Source of the DNA: Mycoavidus cysteinexigens | Lineage (GTDB): Bacteria; Pseudomonadota; Gammaproteobacteria; Burkholderiales; Burkholderiaceae | NCBI GenBank assembly: GCA_031963365.1 | Contig: JASSUF010000001.1 | Span: 1 to 48,677, forward strand | Reading direction: 5' to 3' | DNA: 48,677 bases | In this document: in pieces, positions 36,364-47,144 of the stretch | Position numbering within the stretch: the stretch's first letter is position 1 | How the letters are laid out: every line of letters begins with the position of its first letter | The notes under the pieces: model-generated | Database searches by the model: none | The model's input: only the letters and a program-made list of their open reading frames with translations | What the model was told of the DNA's origin: nothing | Position numbers and translations under genes: made by a program

Positions 36364-38079
36364 ATGAAACACACAAAGATCCTTTGGTTAAGGGATTGTT
36401 TAATACGTATAGCGCCACTACGCCTATTTATTAACCTGCTGATATATCTACTAATCCGACCTGTGTCCCGCCTACTTTTTGGAAAAAAACGCACCGCGTC
36501 TTCCATTGATTTTCTGCCAGCGCCTGCTAAAGGTGCTCGCAAAAAAAAGCATCTAGATACTTTACCAGGAGATATAGGCAATCCGGCTAAGATCCCAGCT
36601 AGTGTGCATCACATCGATATGTCGCTGATTTCCCCGAATGCACTGCGCGTCATTGAAACGTTGCAGGCAAAAGGGCATCACGCCTTTATCGTTGGAGGAG
36701 CTGTACGCGATTTATTGCTTGGCAGAGAACCCAAAGACTTTGATGTAGCAACCGATGCCACGCCCGAAGAAGTGCGGGCTTCATTTCGTCGCGCGCTATT
36801 GATTGGCCGGCGGTTTCAGATCGTGCATGTTACCTTTGGCAAAGAAATTATTGAGGTCTCGACATTTCGAACGTCCTCTAATAACGCGCCCCAGAATGCT
36901 GCTCCCACTAAAGTGCGGGAAAAACGCCGCTTTTTTTCAAAAGAGGATGCTTCCTCCGGCGGATTGAAGCGCTCCAGACGCCATTTCAAACTCGAGGCTA
37001 ATACGCATGCTGTAGATGCAAGTGGTTTAGTCCTGCGTGACAATATATGGGGAAGCCAGCACGAAGATGTCGCACGGCGAGATTTCACCATCAATGCGAT
37101 GTATTACGATCCGGCAACCCAAACTATTGTCGATTATTACAATGGCGTTGCTGATGTAAACGCGCGTGTATTGCGCATGATTGGCGACCCTGCCACCCGC
37201 TATCGCGAAGACCCTATGCGGATGCTACGCGCGGTGCGCTTCGCTGCAAAGCTCGGTTTTGATATTGCTCCGGATACCCGCACCCCCATACGTGAATTGG
37301 CGGATCTCATTTGCAATGTACCTCCTGCACGACTTTTCGATGAAGTGCTCAAACTCTTACTCTGCGGCCATGCGCTAAGCTGCTTGCAACGTTTACGCGC
37401 AGAAGGTTTGCATCACGGTGTTCTACCTCTATTAGATGTAGTGTTAGAGCAACCGCAAAGTGAGCGGTTTTTCACGCTAGCCCTCTCTCGTACAGACGAG
37501 CGCATATTGTCAGGAAAATCGATTTCTCCTAGCTTTTTATTCGCAGCGCTTCTCTGGCATGAAGTACGCACACGCTGGGAAAAAGGGTTAAAACAAGGGC
37601 AAAATCCAATTCCATCACTGTATACCGCCATGAATGACACGCTGCTTATACAGACAGAGCGCCTCGCAATTCAAAAGCGCTATGTTGGAGATATGCGCAT
37701 CATCTGGGATATGCAGCCACGTTTAGAAAAACGCGGGCGCAGTGCAGCAAAATTACTGCAACATCCTCGTTTTAGAGCTGCGTACGATTTTCTCTTACTG
37801 CGATGTGAAGCCGGGGAACGCGACATCCTGTTAGGGCAATGGTGGACAAACTTTATCGATGCTACGCCTGAAGAGCGTGAAGAGCTGATTAAACAAGCTC
37901 AAAATAACCCTATCCCGCTGCCAAAAACGCACTCTGCCCATGCTGAGCAAGCGGATAAAAAACCACGCCGGCGTAGGATTAAAAAACCCACCTCCACCAC
38001 GCTTGAGCAAAATGATGAGCCTGTTACAGACAATACTGAAGAGCTTGCAAAGCGCCCATCTAAAAATCAGGATCAGTAA
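36364..38079 (+). CDS. pcnB: Poly(A) polymerase I
   Basis: FIVGGAVRDLLLGREPKDFDVATDATPEEV, RRDFTINAMYYD, YREDPMRMLRAVRFAAKLGF, FRAAYDFLLLR. Collinear with E. coli PcnB and has a basic C-terminal tail. Start uncertain: the ORF runs back into the repeat, and E. coli uses a non-ATG start. Confidence 0.88.
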   Translation: MKHTKILWLRDCLIRIAPLRLFINLLIYLLIRPVSRLLFGKKRTASSIDFLPAPAKGARKKKHLDTLPGDIGNPAKIPASVHHIDMSLISPNALRVIETLQAKGHHAFIVGGAVRDLLLGREPKDFDVATDATPEEVRASFRRALLIGRRFQIVHVTFGKEIIEVSTFRTSSNNAPQNAAPTKVREKRRFFSKEDASSGGLKRSRRHFKLEANTHAVDASGLVLRDNIWGSQHEDVARRDFTINAMYYDPATQTIVDYYNGVADVNARVLRMIGDPATRYREDPMRMLRAVRFAAKLGFDIAPDTRTPIRELADLICNVPPARLFDEVLKLLLCGHALSCLQRLRAEGLHHGVLPLLDVVLEQPQSERFFTLALSRTDERILSGKSISPSFLFAALLWHEVRTRWEKGLKQGQNPIPSLYTAMNDTLLIQTERLAIQKRYVGDMRIIWDMQPRLEKRGRSAAKLLQHPRFRAAYDFLLLRCEAGERDILLGQWWTNFIDATPEEREELIKQAQNNPIPLPKTHSAHAEQADKKPRRRRIKKPTSTTLEQNDEPVTDNTEELAKRPSKNQDQ

Positions 38080-38091
38080 AATTTTTTGTAC

Positions 38092-38123
38092 TAGGGCGTG
38101 TCCTCCATTGAGGAGACGCCCTA
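38092..38123. repeat. Solo REP-like palindrome (same arms as the family-1 outer arms)
   Basis: tagggcgtgtcctccattgaggagacgcccta, between the pcnB stop and the folK start. Confidence 0.7.
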
Positions 38124-38142
38124 TCCAACACCTTTATTTTTT

Positions 38143-38718
38143 ATGACTACCATTGCCTATCTTGGCTTAGGAGCCAATCTAGGCCAAGCAGAATTAACGG
38201 TTAGACAAGCTATTGAATCTTTTAAAAAGCATCCAAGCATTCAAAATGTGCAAGTCGCAAGCCTCTACAAAACGCATCCTGTAGATGCCGACGGAGAGAA
38301 TTATTGCAATACGGTAGTAGCTATTGAAACCACGCTATCCCCTCAGGCATTGCTCATACTCTGCCAAAGTATTGAAAATGCATTTCATCGAACACGCTCT
38401 TATCGGAATGCACCTCGCACGCTCGATATCGATATCTTGTTATACGGTGTGCACTGCATTGAAGAAGATGATTTAGTTATTCCTCATCCCCGCTTAACCG
38501 ATCGTGCATTTGTTTTAGTGCCCCTTTTAGAACTCAATCCGCACATTGAGATTCCTAAAGCCGGACCCGCCCTCGTTTTTTTGAAAAAACTACATTTTTC
38601 TGCAAAGGAAGCGGGACTGCCCTCTTTTTGTGCCCCTCCTTTGCCAGAAAATGAACATGGCACCACACCTGCCAACCCTTCCCTTTTCCAATATATTGAG
38701 AAAATAAGTCCGTTATGA
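38143..38718 (+). CDS. folK: 2-amino-4-hydroxy-6-hydroxymethyldihydropteridine pyrophosphokinase (HPPK)
   Basis: AYLGLGANLG, RTLDIDILLY, IPHPRLTDRAFVLVPLLEL. pcnB-folK-panB synteny. ~30-aa C-terminal extension. Confidence 0.88.
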   Translation: MTTIAYLGLGANLGQAELTVRQAIESFKKHPSIQNVQVASLYKTHPVDADGENYCNTVVAIETTLSPQALLILCQSIENAFHRTRSYRNAPRTLDIDILLYGVHCIEEDDLVIPHPRLTDRAFVLVPLLELNPHIEIPKAGPALVFLKKLHFSAKEAGLPSFCAPPLPENEHGTTPANPSLFQYIEKISPL

Positions 38719-39527
38719 GCGCCTCTAAACCTACCCACCCTCGCGCCATCACCTTGCCCGAACTCCAGCGCATGCATGAACAATCTCGCAAGATTACTTC
38801 CTTAACTTGCTATGACGCCAGTTTTGCGCAGATACTCAATGAAGCGGGGGTAGAGATACTGCTGGTGGGAGATTCTTTAGGTAATGTATTACAAGGCCAT
38901 GCGACCACCTTGCCTGTATCCATAGAGGATATGATCTACCACACCCGCTGTGTGGCACGAGGCAACACCACAGCCCTGCTGATGACAGACCTGCCTTTTG
39001 GAACCTATGCCACTCCACAAGAAGCGTTTACCCATGCAGCGCAACTTATGCGTGCAGGCGCCCATGTCGTAAAACTCGAGGGAGGCGCTTGGCAGACAGA
39101 CACTGTGCATTTTTTACAACAACGGGGAATTCCCGTATGCGCACATCTAGGCCTCACCCCCCAATCGGTACATACCCTGGGCGGATTCAAAATGCAGGCT
39201 AAAGAGCCTGCCCAAGCAAAGCAACTTCTAGAAGATGCCTGTGCACTGGCCGATGCAGGCGCAGATATGCTGCTTCTTGAAGCAATTCCAGCTAGCCTAG
39301 CCGAAAAAGTGAGCTCTACCGTGCAATGCCCCACCATAGGAATTGGTGCAGGGCCGCACTGCTCCGGGCAGGTTTTAGTGTTACACGATCTACTGGGTTT
39401 GAGCGCGCATCCTCCGCGTTTTAGCAAAAATTTTCTAGCGGGATATTCCAGCATTGCTGATGCAGTGCGCGCTTACGTGGATGCTGTCAAAAATGGAACC
39501 TTTCCAGAAGCCCAACACTGGGTCTAA
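38715..39527 (+). CDS. panB: 3-methyl-2-oxobutanoate hydroxymethyltransferase
   Basis: LTCYDASFA, VGDSLGNVLQGH, VKLEGG, CPTIGIGAGPHCSGQVLVLHDLLG. ATGA overlap with folK. Confidence 0.93.
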   Translation: MSASKPTHPRAITLPELQRMHEQSRKITSLTCYDASFAQILNEAGVEILLVGDSLGNVLQGHATTLPVSIEDMIYHTRCVARGNTTALLMTDLPFGTYATPQEAFTHAAQLMRAGAHVVKLEGGAWQTDTVHFLQQRGIPVCAHLGLTPQSVHTLGGFKMQAKEPAQAKQLLEDACALADAGADMLLLEAIPASLAEKVSSTVQCPTIGIGAGPHCSGQVLVLHDLLGLSAHPPRFSKNFLAGYSSIADAVRAYVDAVKNGTFPEAQHWV

Positions 39528-39627
39528 AAAGCGCTCTCAGAAAATTAATGCAGCATATGACAGAGCAAAGAGGATTACTTGTTAACCTTTGTCTTTAAGA
39601 ATTTGTAAGCTGGTCATAAAGAACGCG

Positions 39628-39769
39628 GTGGCCTGCATGTTGGGGTTCGTGCTTAACCCCAACCTACCGTGCTTTGCTTTTCTTGTGGTGGGTAGAGTTT
39701 GATAGAACCCTTTTATATGTGCATCTCGGTAGGTTGGTGGTGACGAAGGAACCCCAACATGCATACCAC
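39628..39769. repeat. Family-2 REP/BIME-like inverted pair
   Basis: gtggcctgcatgttggggttcgtgcttaaccccaacctacc ... ggtaggttggtggtgacgaaggaaccccaacatgcataccac. Each unit contains a GTTGGGGTT/AACCCCAAC-type hairpin. Confidence 0.8.
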
Positions 39770-39878
39770 TGTCTTTTTGAATACCTGCGTAACATGAGTT
39801 ATTAAGGCTATAAAACGCTGCAATACGCTTATTTTTACGCCCATCAATATATCTTTACGACCTTTTATATAGCCATTC

Positions 39879-41429
39879 ATGCACTCCACGACTTCCGCTG
39901 CCCCGCTCACTTTAGCGGATTACTTCGAAAAAATAGTAACCGCACGCGTCTACGATGTAGCACGTGAAACAGAGCTTGAATACGCATCTGCGTTATCTGC
40001 TGATTTAGGGCATACCCTATATTTCAAACGCGAAGACAAGCAGCCTTGCTTCTCATTTAAGTTGCGTGGGGCCTATAACAAAATCGTGCAACTCAGTACA
40101 GCGGAGCGCGCTAGCGGTGTAATAGCAGCCTCTGCGGGCAATCATGCACAAGGTGTAGCGCTAGCTGCGCACCGGCTAGCATTACGCGCAACGATTGTGA
40201 TGCCACTTACTGCCCCGCAAGTCAAAATTGATGCCGTACGCGCACTAGGCAAAGAGGCTGTGGATATCGTACTGCATGGCACGTCCTACAGCGATGCCTA
40301 CCAACACGCGCTCGACCTACAAAAAGTCTCTGGCGCTACATTTGTGCATCCTTTTGACGACCCTGAAGTGATTGCTGGTCAGGGAACGGTCGCTATGGAA
40401 ATTCTAAAACAGCACCCGGATCACATTGACGCTATCTTTGTACCTATTGGTGGGGGTGGCTTAATTGCAGGCATGGCGGCTTACATCAAAATGCTGCGCC
40501 CAAATATCCGCATTATTGGTGTGCAAGCGGAAGATTCCTGCGCAATGGCACGCTCTTTGGAAGAAGGCGAACGTGTGATGCTGCGCACGGTAGGTCTCTT
40601 TGCAGATGGCACCGCCGTCAAACAAGTAGGTACCGAAACCTTCCGGCTCTGCCAGCACTATGTAGATGAAATAATTCGTGTAGATACCGATGCTTTATGC
40701 GCCGCGATCAAAGAAGTATTTGCCGAAACCCATAGCTTGCCTGAGCCTGCTGGTGCATTGGCAGTGGCCGGCGCTAAGGTATTTGCCGAGCGCACAGCCG
40801 GCCCTCCTCAAACCCTCGTAGCCGTCGTCTCTGGAGCGAATCTCAATTTTGACCGTTTACGCTTTATTGCCGAACGTGCCCAAGGTGGTGAAGCCCGAGA
40901 AGCACTCTTCGCTATCACTATTCCAGAAGCACAGGGAAGTTTTAAGCAACTTTGCGCACTCATTGGCGCACGCCATGTTACGGAATTTAATTACCGTATT
41001 GCAGATAAGCAAGAAGCCCATCTATTAGTTGGGTTACAAATTCAAAACCAATCAGAAGCAGCAGATATAGAAGCGCTTTTTAAACAATATCAATTCCCCA
41101 TATTAGATCTAAGCCACGACGAGCTGGCTAAACAGCATATCCGCCATATGGTAGGCGGACACTCGCCCCTTGCTCGAGAAGAGCGTCTCTACCGTTTTGA
41201 ATTTCCAGAATATCCAGGAGCACTCATGCACTTTTTGAGCGCACTCCAACCAGACTGGAATATAAGCCTCTTTCACTACCGTAATGAAGGCGCAGACTAT
41301 GGCCGTATTCTGGTCGGGTTACAGGTCCCGAGCGCAGACATGCCTGTGCTGTCTACATTTTTAGAAGCACTGGGCTATCCTTGGTCAGATGAAACAGATA
41401 ATCCGGTATATCGCCTCTTTTTGGGCTAA
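39879..41429 (+). CDS. ilvA: Threonine ammonia-lyase, biosynthetic
   Basis: 516 aa. PLP-lysine motif CFSFKLRGAYNK, IGGGGLIAG. C-terminal duplicated regulatory domain length typical of IlvA. Confidence 0.93.
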   Translation: MHSTTSAAPLTLADYFEKIVTARVYDVARETELEYASALSADLGHTLYFKREDKQPCFSFKLRGAYNKIVQLSTAERASGVIAASAGNHAQGVALAAHRLALRATIVMPLTAPQVKIDAVRALGKEAVDIVLHGTSYSDAYQHALDLQKVSGATFVHPFDDPEVIAGQGTVAMEILKQHPDHIDAIFVPIGGGGLIAGMAAYIKMLRPNIRIIGVQAEDSCAMARSLEEGERVMLRTVGLFADGTAVKQVGTETFRLCQHYVDEIIRVDTDALCAAIKEVFAETHSLPEPAGALAVAGAKVFAERTAGPPQTLVAVVSGANLNFDRLRFIAERAQGGEAREALFAITIPEAQGSFKQLCALIGARHVTEFNYRIADKQEAHLLVGLQIQNQSEAADIEALFKQYQFPILDLSHDELAKQHIRHMVGGHSPLAREERLYRFEFPEYPGALMHFLSALQPDWNISLFHYRNEGADYGRILVGLQVPSADMPVLSTFLEALGYPWSDETDNPVYRLFLG

Positions 41430-41449
41430 AAAGCAAAAACTAGAGGGCG

Positions 41450-41557
41450 GTGGCGTGCATGTTTTGATTCGTGCCTCACCACCAACCTACCCCTATCGCA
41501 AAGATATGAGGTCTCTCATAGGTTGGGAGGATATTGGAATCCAAATATGCAAACCAC
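41450..41557. repeat. Family-2 repeat, degenerate pair
   Basis: gtggcgtgcatgttttgattcgtgcctcaccaccaacctacc plus a diverged inverted unit ggttgggaggatattggaatccaaatatgcaaaccac. Confidence 0.65.
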
Positions 41558-41628
41558 TGCCCTCTAATTTATAACCTTTTCAATATATAGGCTCTAGCTA
41601 CAGGATAATGCACCACGTACATGGAGCC

Positions 41629-42201
41629 TTACGCCAAATTAGAGACCTGTGCAGGTACTAAATTTGGGAATAATTTTGAAAGCAAATTCATAATAAATTG
41701 ATACAAACGTTCCAAAAACGTAGGTCCAGATGTTCCAGTATCTGCAGCACCTTTTAGAACAGCATCCGTAGCATTTTCTAGAACATTATGAATAGATTCT
41801 AGCTGCAAGATATCGCTGTTTTCTTCTTGTGCATATATCGCTGTTTCTTGGCTTGCTTGCGACACGGCAAAACTATCTATTGGTTGATTTTTCCAGTACA
41901 CTATTTCCTGGTTTTTTACTTTAATCTCCTCTTTTAAAAAAGCTGACTGTACGCTTAATGCAGCAATTTTTACGTTATTTTTATCAGATTTTGGATCTGA
42001 TCTTAATCGTGATATTTCTTTTTCTACTTTTTGAAGCTTTTTCTTCAAATTTTCAAGGTCACCCTGAAGGGTTTTTACTATCCTATTTCTTTCATTATTG
42101 GATAATAATATATCTACTTTACCTGAAGAAGATGTATTTAAATTAGGTTGCTGAACATTTTTAGAAAATAATTTTTGAATGGGCGCCATTGAAACTTTCA
42201 T
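41629..42201 (-). CDS. Coiled-coil hypothetical protein in an AT-rich islet
   Basis: Start at MKVSM with SD gaggaaat. Heptad-rich LQGDLENLKKKLQKVEKEISRL. No recognisable enzymatic motif. Confidence 0.5.
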   Translation of the reverse strand: MKVSMAPIQKLFSKNVQQPNLNTSSSGKVDILLSNNERNRIVKTLQGDLENLKKKLQKVEKEISRLRSDPKSDKNNVKIAALSVQSAFLKEEIKVKNQEIVYWKNQPIDSFAVSQASQETAIYAQEENSDILQLESIHNVLENATDAVLKGAADTGTSGPTFLERLYQFIMNLLSKLFPNLVPAQVSNLA

Positions 42202-42646
42202 ATTTCCTCGCATTTTTATTAATTAAAATGAATCGGATTATTTTTTATAATCCTTTTTCTGCGGCTTCATGTATGAATTGGAATATACGCCTCAGTCACA
42301 CCATGACTCCGCAGCACCAAACTTAATTAATAATAGCCCAACAAAAATAATTTTCCATTCTATATTTTCTGCAATCTGGAAAAGAAAAAATACTTAACCC
42401 ATCACAGAATAAGTATATTTTCCTATACCTCAGATAGCCTATCTAAGGTTTTTCATACTTCTAATATAGAAATATTGTATGCGCAGCGACCATTCCAGCA
42501 CTTTATTACATAATAATATTCACATTCTTCAAAGGCCTCGGACTATCCTTGAACAGATGAAACGGATAATCCAATATATACACTGCTTCTAGGATGACGG
42601 GCGTAGAGCGAACCTTCTGATTTATAAAATGTACCCTATTACTTTA

Positions 42647-42689
42647 AATCGCTCGGAGAGGCTTTGCGCGCAGACTAGAGCGATTTTTT
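42647..42689 (+). terminator. Orphan hairpin + T-run on the plus strand (could also serve radA on the minus strand)
   Basis: aatcgctc (42647-42654) pairs with gagcgatt (42678-42685), then tttt. No plus-strand CDS upstream. Confidence 0.35.
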
Positions 42690-42732
42690 ATAATATTATT
42701 TAATATACTATTTTTATTCGAGAAAAGAAGCA

Positions 42733-44184
42733 TCAATGTTGAGCGCGTTCAATCGCTTCTTCAATACGATCTACTGCATACACGCTCAAGCCATCAATAA
42801 TATAAGGAGCAGAGCCTGATCCAGAGGAAGCTGTGCGAGAAGGGAGGTTTGCGCGGGGGATAATGGCAGAGGTAAAACCTAGCTTTGCAGCCTCTTTGAG
42901 GCGCTCTTGTCCGCGTGGGCAGGGACGAATTTCGCCTGCCAGACCCACTTCACCAAACACTACTAAACCTTTTGGCAAAGCGACATTCCGAAGCGAAGAG
43001 TGGATAGCCAAAAGAACTGCTAGATCTGCAGCAGGCTCCGTGATTTTGACGCCTCCTACCGCATTTAGAAAAACGTCTTGATCAAAACAAGCAATGCCTG
43101 CATGCCGGTTTAGAACCGCAAGCAGCATCGCCAGTCGGTTTTGCTCTAAACCTACTGCTAAACGACGAGGATTGGGGATATGAGCGGTATCTACCAAAGC
43201 CTGAATTTCCACAAGCAAAGAGCGGGTGCCCTCTTGCGTGACCAGCACACAAGATCCTGAAACAATATGGGGGTGGTGCGATAAAAATAAGGCGGAAGGG
43301 TTGGCTACCCCTCGCAAGCCTCGCTCAGTCATTGCAAACACACCTATTTCATTGACTGCGCCAAAACGATTTTTAAATGCGCGCACTAAACGATATGCCG
43401 AGTGAGTATCTCCTTCAAAATACAGCACCGTATCAACAATATGCTCCAATACACGAGGACCTGCGAGGTGGCCCTCCTTGGTAACGTGGCCCACTATAAT
43501 TAAAGTCACCTCCACCTGTTTAGCTAAACGAGTCAGTTGCGCTGCGCATTCGCGCACTTGAGAAACCGAGCCTGGCGCCGAACTCAGGGCTGCGCAGTAC
43601 ATAGTTTGGATAGAGTCAATCACCACTACCCGAGGGCGTTCTTGAGTCATGACGGTTGAAATACGCTCTAGAGAAATATCTGCGAGTAACTGGACAGGGC
43701 CTATCCCTCTCAATTTTTGTGGATCTTTTGTCGATTTTGGGTCTCTAGTATCAAGCAGACCTAAACGACGCGCACGCATTGCAATCTGTGCCCCCGATTC
43801 TTCACCACTTACATAAAGAACCTGTCGGTCTGCTTCGTTCGCACTTTGTAAGGCAAGCGATTGCAATAAGAGCGTCGACTTACCGATACCAGGGTCACCT
43901 CCAATTAATACCACGCCTCCAGGAACAAAACCTCCTCCAAGCACACGATCAAATTCAGCTATACCGCTTGAGAAACGGGCCACCTCTACCGCTTCTACTG
44001 AAGAGAGTAATTGCAGCGGTGTAGCTTGCGTTAAGCCTTGAAAGCGATGAGGTGATTCAGAGGAGACGGCTGCCTGATGTTCAACCAAAGTATTCCACTC
44101 ACCACACGCTGGGCAACGTCCTTCCCACTTTGGCGTCTGCCCACCACATTCATTGCATACATACAAAGTTTTAGGCTTACTCAT
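42733..44184 (-). CDS. radA: DNA repair protein RadA (Sms)
   Basis: Start [14 protein letters not shown]. Zinc ribbon [13 protein letters not shown], Walker [20 protein letters not shown] motif, Lon-protease-like C-terminal domain. Confidence 0.93.
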   Translation of the reverse strand: MSKPKTLYVCNECGGQTPKWEGRCPACGEWNTLVEHQAAVSSESPHRFQGLTQATPLQLLSSVEAVEVARFSSGIAEFDRVLGGGFVPGGVVLIGGDPGIGKSTLLLQSLALQSANEADRQVLYVSGEESGAQIAMRARRLGLLDTRDPKSTKDPQKLRGIGPVQLLADISLERISTVMTQERPRVVVIDSIQTMYCAALSSAPGSVSQVRECAAQLTRLAKQVEVTLIIVGHVTKEGHLAGPRVLEHIVDTVLYFEGDTHSAYRLVRAFKNRFGAVNEIGVFAMTERGLRGVANPSALFLSHHPHIVSGSCVLVTQEGTRSLLVEIQALVDTAHIPNPRRLAVGLEQNRLAMLLAVLNRHAGIACFDQDVFLNAVGGVKITEPAADLAVLLAIHSSLRNVALPKGLVVFGEVGLAGEIRPCPRGQERLKEAAKLGFTSAIIPRANLPSRTASSGSGSAPYIIDGLSVYAVDRIEEAIERAQH

Positions 44185-45317
44185 TTTTGGGTTCGCAACG
44201 CACTTTGACTTACACATTGAGCCGTTTCAACATGAGCTGAAATGCTCTCTTCTACACTAACAGGCACACGTAAAGACAGCGCACACATCAATTCATAGCC
44301 CAGTGTGGAAGCGGCTTGGGCGACTTCATCTAAGGGTAAATTCTGCCCCCATAGCTCAACTGGAGCCCCTACCCCTGCTTGGGGAATGGGTGTTAAATCA
44401 ACCGTCATCATATCCATCGAGACTCGTCCAACGCTACGCGTTCTCACCCCATTCACTAAAACAGGGGTGCCATTTGGTGCATTGAGTGGATAGCCGTCTG
44501 CATAACCACAGGCTATTACGCCCACACGCATTGCAACCGGTGCACGATACATAGAACCGTACCCAATGGTATCGCCTGGTTTGAGCTGCTGAACAGCAAT
44601 GATTTTACTGGCTAATGTCATCGCAGGACGTAGGCCATGCGGTGCTAAATCCTGCACACGCCCTGAAGGGGACGCACCATACAAAATCACACCTGGGCGA
44701 ACCCAATCTGCTTGGGTTTTAGTATGCCAGAGTAATGCCGCAGAATTTGCAAGGCTACGCTCTCCAGCAATACCCTGTGCACCACGTTCAAAAGTGGAAA
44801 GGGGCGTTTCAATCCCTGATGAGGTATCTGCATCTGCGAAATGTGTCATTAAGGTGATGTTTCTAACCCAAGGGCATGCCCGCGCCCGCTTCCAAGCTGC
44901 TTGGAAATGCTCAGGAAGGAAACCTAAACGGTTCATGCCGCTATTCATCTTCAAATAGATATTAATAGGCTGCGTTAAACGCGTTTGCTCAAGCATGCAG
45001 AGCTGCTCGCTCGAGTGCACTGTCACTGTTAAATGGTACTGATCAATCAAAAGAAGATCTGCAGGATTGAAAAAACCCTCTAATAACAAAATAGGGCCTG
45101 CCCAACCCAGCTCGCGCAACTGGATCGCCTCATCCAAATCCAGCAAACCAAACCCATCTGCATTTTGTAATCCTTTAAATACTCGGATTAGGCCATGTCC
45201 ATATGCATTGGCTTTAATAATTGCCCATACTTTTGAGTGCGGAGCATGGCGTCTAACCACATCAAGGTTGTGTGCAAGTGCAGAAGCGTGAAGCGTAGCG
45301 ACAATAGGGCGAGGCAT
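44181..45317 (-). CDS. alr: Alanine racemase
   Basis: Start [12 protein letters not shown]-lysine motif [25 protein letters not shown]. The stop overlaps the radA ATG (ATGA). Confidence 0.9.
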   Translation of the reverse strand: MPRPIVATLHASALAHNLDVVRRHAPHSKVWAIIKANAYGHGLIRVFKGLQNADGFGLLDLDEAIQLRELGWAGPILLLEGFFNPADLLLIDQYHLTVTVHSSEQLCMLEQTRLTQPINIYLKMNSGMNRLGFLPEHFQAAWKRARACPWVRNITLMTHFADADTSSGIETPLSTFERGAQGIAGERSLANSAALLWHTKTQADWVRPGVILYGASPSGRVQDLAPHGLRPAMTLASKIIAVQQLKPGDTIGYGSMYRAPVAMRVGVIACGYADGYPLNAPNGTPVLVNGVRTRSVGRVSMDMMTVDLTPIPQAGVGAPVELWGQNLPLDEVAQAASTLGYELMCALSLRVPVSVEESISAHVETAQCVSQSALRTQK

Positions 45318-45418
45318 AGAAAGGCAATAAAAAATCACAGACAAACTACTAACATTGAACACCAATTTGCTAGCAGAGCGCTGATATTAAAAAAGAAATT
45401 CAAAAGATGCGAGTGCAT

Positions 45419-45450
45419 TAGGGTGTGTCCTCAATTGAGGACACACCCTA
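45419..45450. repeat. Solo REP-like perfect palindrome
   Basis: tagggtgtgtcctcaattgaggacacacccta, upstream of alr. Same arms as the family-1 outer arms. Confidence 0.75.
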
Positions 45451-45733
45451 CAAACGCTCAGTATACTCACCCTCTAGCGCATACCTGCATGCTATAAAAT
45501 CTTAGAAGCTATCTTGAGGGTGCCTAAAAAAGTGCAATCTGTAACCCAGCCAGTACTGTAGACTGGCTCTACTTTAAAAACCGTTGCTAAGCTATTTCCG
45601 CTACCATTTGCCCCCCACTTCTCAGTTGCTGGGAAAAGGCTAGGTTCATGTTATAGCCGATAGCACTATTGAAGCGTTTTTTTCTCTTCATCCCAAGCCC
45701 TATCATCTTTTAAGTTTTTGCTTCCTTTGCCGC

Positions 45734-47080
45734 ATGAAAAAAGGTTTTTACACGATTATGGCCGCGCAATTTTTTTCGTCGCTGGCTGATAACGCGCTGT
45801 TGATTGCTGCTATTGCCCTGCTCGACGCAAAACATGCGCCGGGCTGGATGACGCCCATGCTTAAGCTATTTTTTGTACTTTCTTATGTTGTGCTGGCTGC
45901 ATTTGTAGGGAATTTTGTAGATTCCATGCCCAAGGGGCGGGCCATGTTTATCACCAATGGGATCAAGATTGTAGGATGCGGCTTGATGCTCTCTGGAGTA
46001 CACCCGCTTTTAGCCTATGGCATAGTTGGATTCGGCGCTGCTGCGTATTCCCCTGCTAAATATGGCATTTTGACTGAGCTTCTTCCACCTGGCCAGTTAG
46101 TTGCTGCCAATGGTTGGATTGAGGGAACCACCGTTGCCTCCATTATTTTTGGTACGGTATTAGGCGGTGCGCTGATTAGCCCCTATTGGGTAGAAACCTT
46201 TTCGCCGTTTCTCACTTTTTTAAGCTGGCTACATATACCCACACTCTCTAGCTATGCGAAAAGCGCCATCGTGGTGGTGGTAGGCATTTATCTTTTGGCA
46301 GGGCTTTTTAATCTGGCTATTCCAGATACTGGCGCACGCTACAGCAAGCAGCGGCGCGCTCCAATACACATGGTGTCGGATTTCTACTCGGCCTTTTTGG
46401 CTTTATGGCGCGACCCGCTTGGGCAACTTTCTCTGTCAGTGACCACGCTTTTTTGGGGTGCAGGTGCCACACTACAATTCATCATTCTAAAATGGGCAGA
46501 ACATTCTCTGGGAATGAGTTTATCTCAAAGTGCAGTTCTGCAAGCCATGGTAGCCATAGGCATAGCTGCAGGAGCCATCTTTGCTGCTACCAGAATTCCT
46601 TTGCACCGTTCTCTTAAAGTCTTACCTGCAGGATTTTTAGCAGGTATTGCCGTTATAGCTATGTCGTTTTATACAAGCCGTCTTTTCCCAGGCCATTGGA
46701 GCGTACAAATCGCTGGTTTTTCGCTTCCTATTCCTATATTGATAGCGGATGCGCTACTCATTGTTATTGGCGCGCTCTGCGGCTTTTTTGTGGTGCCTAT
46801 GAATGCATTGCTTCAACATCGCGGGCACTTATTACTCTCATCAGGTCATTCCATTGCAGTACAAAACTTCAATGAAAATCTCTCAGTCATTGTGATGCTG
46901 TGCGTTTATTCATTGCTAGTGTGGTTAGATATACCAATAACAGCCATCATGGTGTTATTAGGAGTCTTTGTACTACTCGTTATGGCTTGCGTCATACGCG
47001 TTCACCAAATCAACCAACGTCGCAATCAGCGCCTCTTAAGCAAAACCAAAGAACCCCGGCGCACTCCATCTGGACTTTGA
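45734..47080 (+). CDS. lplT: Lysophospholipid transporter LplT (MFS)
   Basis: 448 aa, ~12 TM. N-terminus FYTIMAAQFFSSLADNALLIAAIALL is typical of LplT. Confidence 0.75.
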   Translation: MKKGFYTIMAAQFFSSLADNALLIAAIALLDAKHAPGWMTPMLKLFFVLSYVVLAAFVGNFVDSMPKGRAMFITNGIKIVGCGLMLSGVHPLLAYGIVGFGAAAYSPAKYGILTELLPPGQLVAANGWIEGTTVASIIFGTVLGGALISPYWVETFSPFLTFLSWLHIPTLSSYAKSAIVVVVGIYLLAGLFNLAIPDTGARYSKQRRAPIHMVSDFYSAFLALWRDPLGQLSLSVTTLFWGAGATLQFIILKWAEHSLGMSLSQSAVLQAMVAIGIAAGAIFAATRIPLHRSLKVLPAGFLAGIAVIAMSFYTSRLFPGHWSVQIAGFSLPIPILIADALLIVIGALCGFFVVPMNALLQHRGHLLLSSGHSIAVQNFNENLSVIVMLCVYSLLVWLDIPITAIMVLLGVFVLLVMACVIRVHQINQRRNQRLLSKTKEPRRTPSGL

Positions 47081-47144
47081 AGTAGAGGTTCTGAATTAAA
47101 GATTTTTGATTTTTCAATAGACTGCCTTTTGTCTAATAGCAGGC

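Noticed and set aside
39582-39764. ORFs starting MHVGV... (39582-39764 and the 5' part of 4787-5104) as a conserved small protein family.
   Set aside because: Both arise from the family-2 repeat unit ...ccccaacatgcataccac. The similarity is repeat DNA, not a gene.
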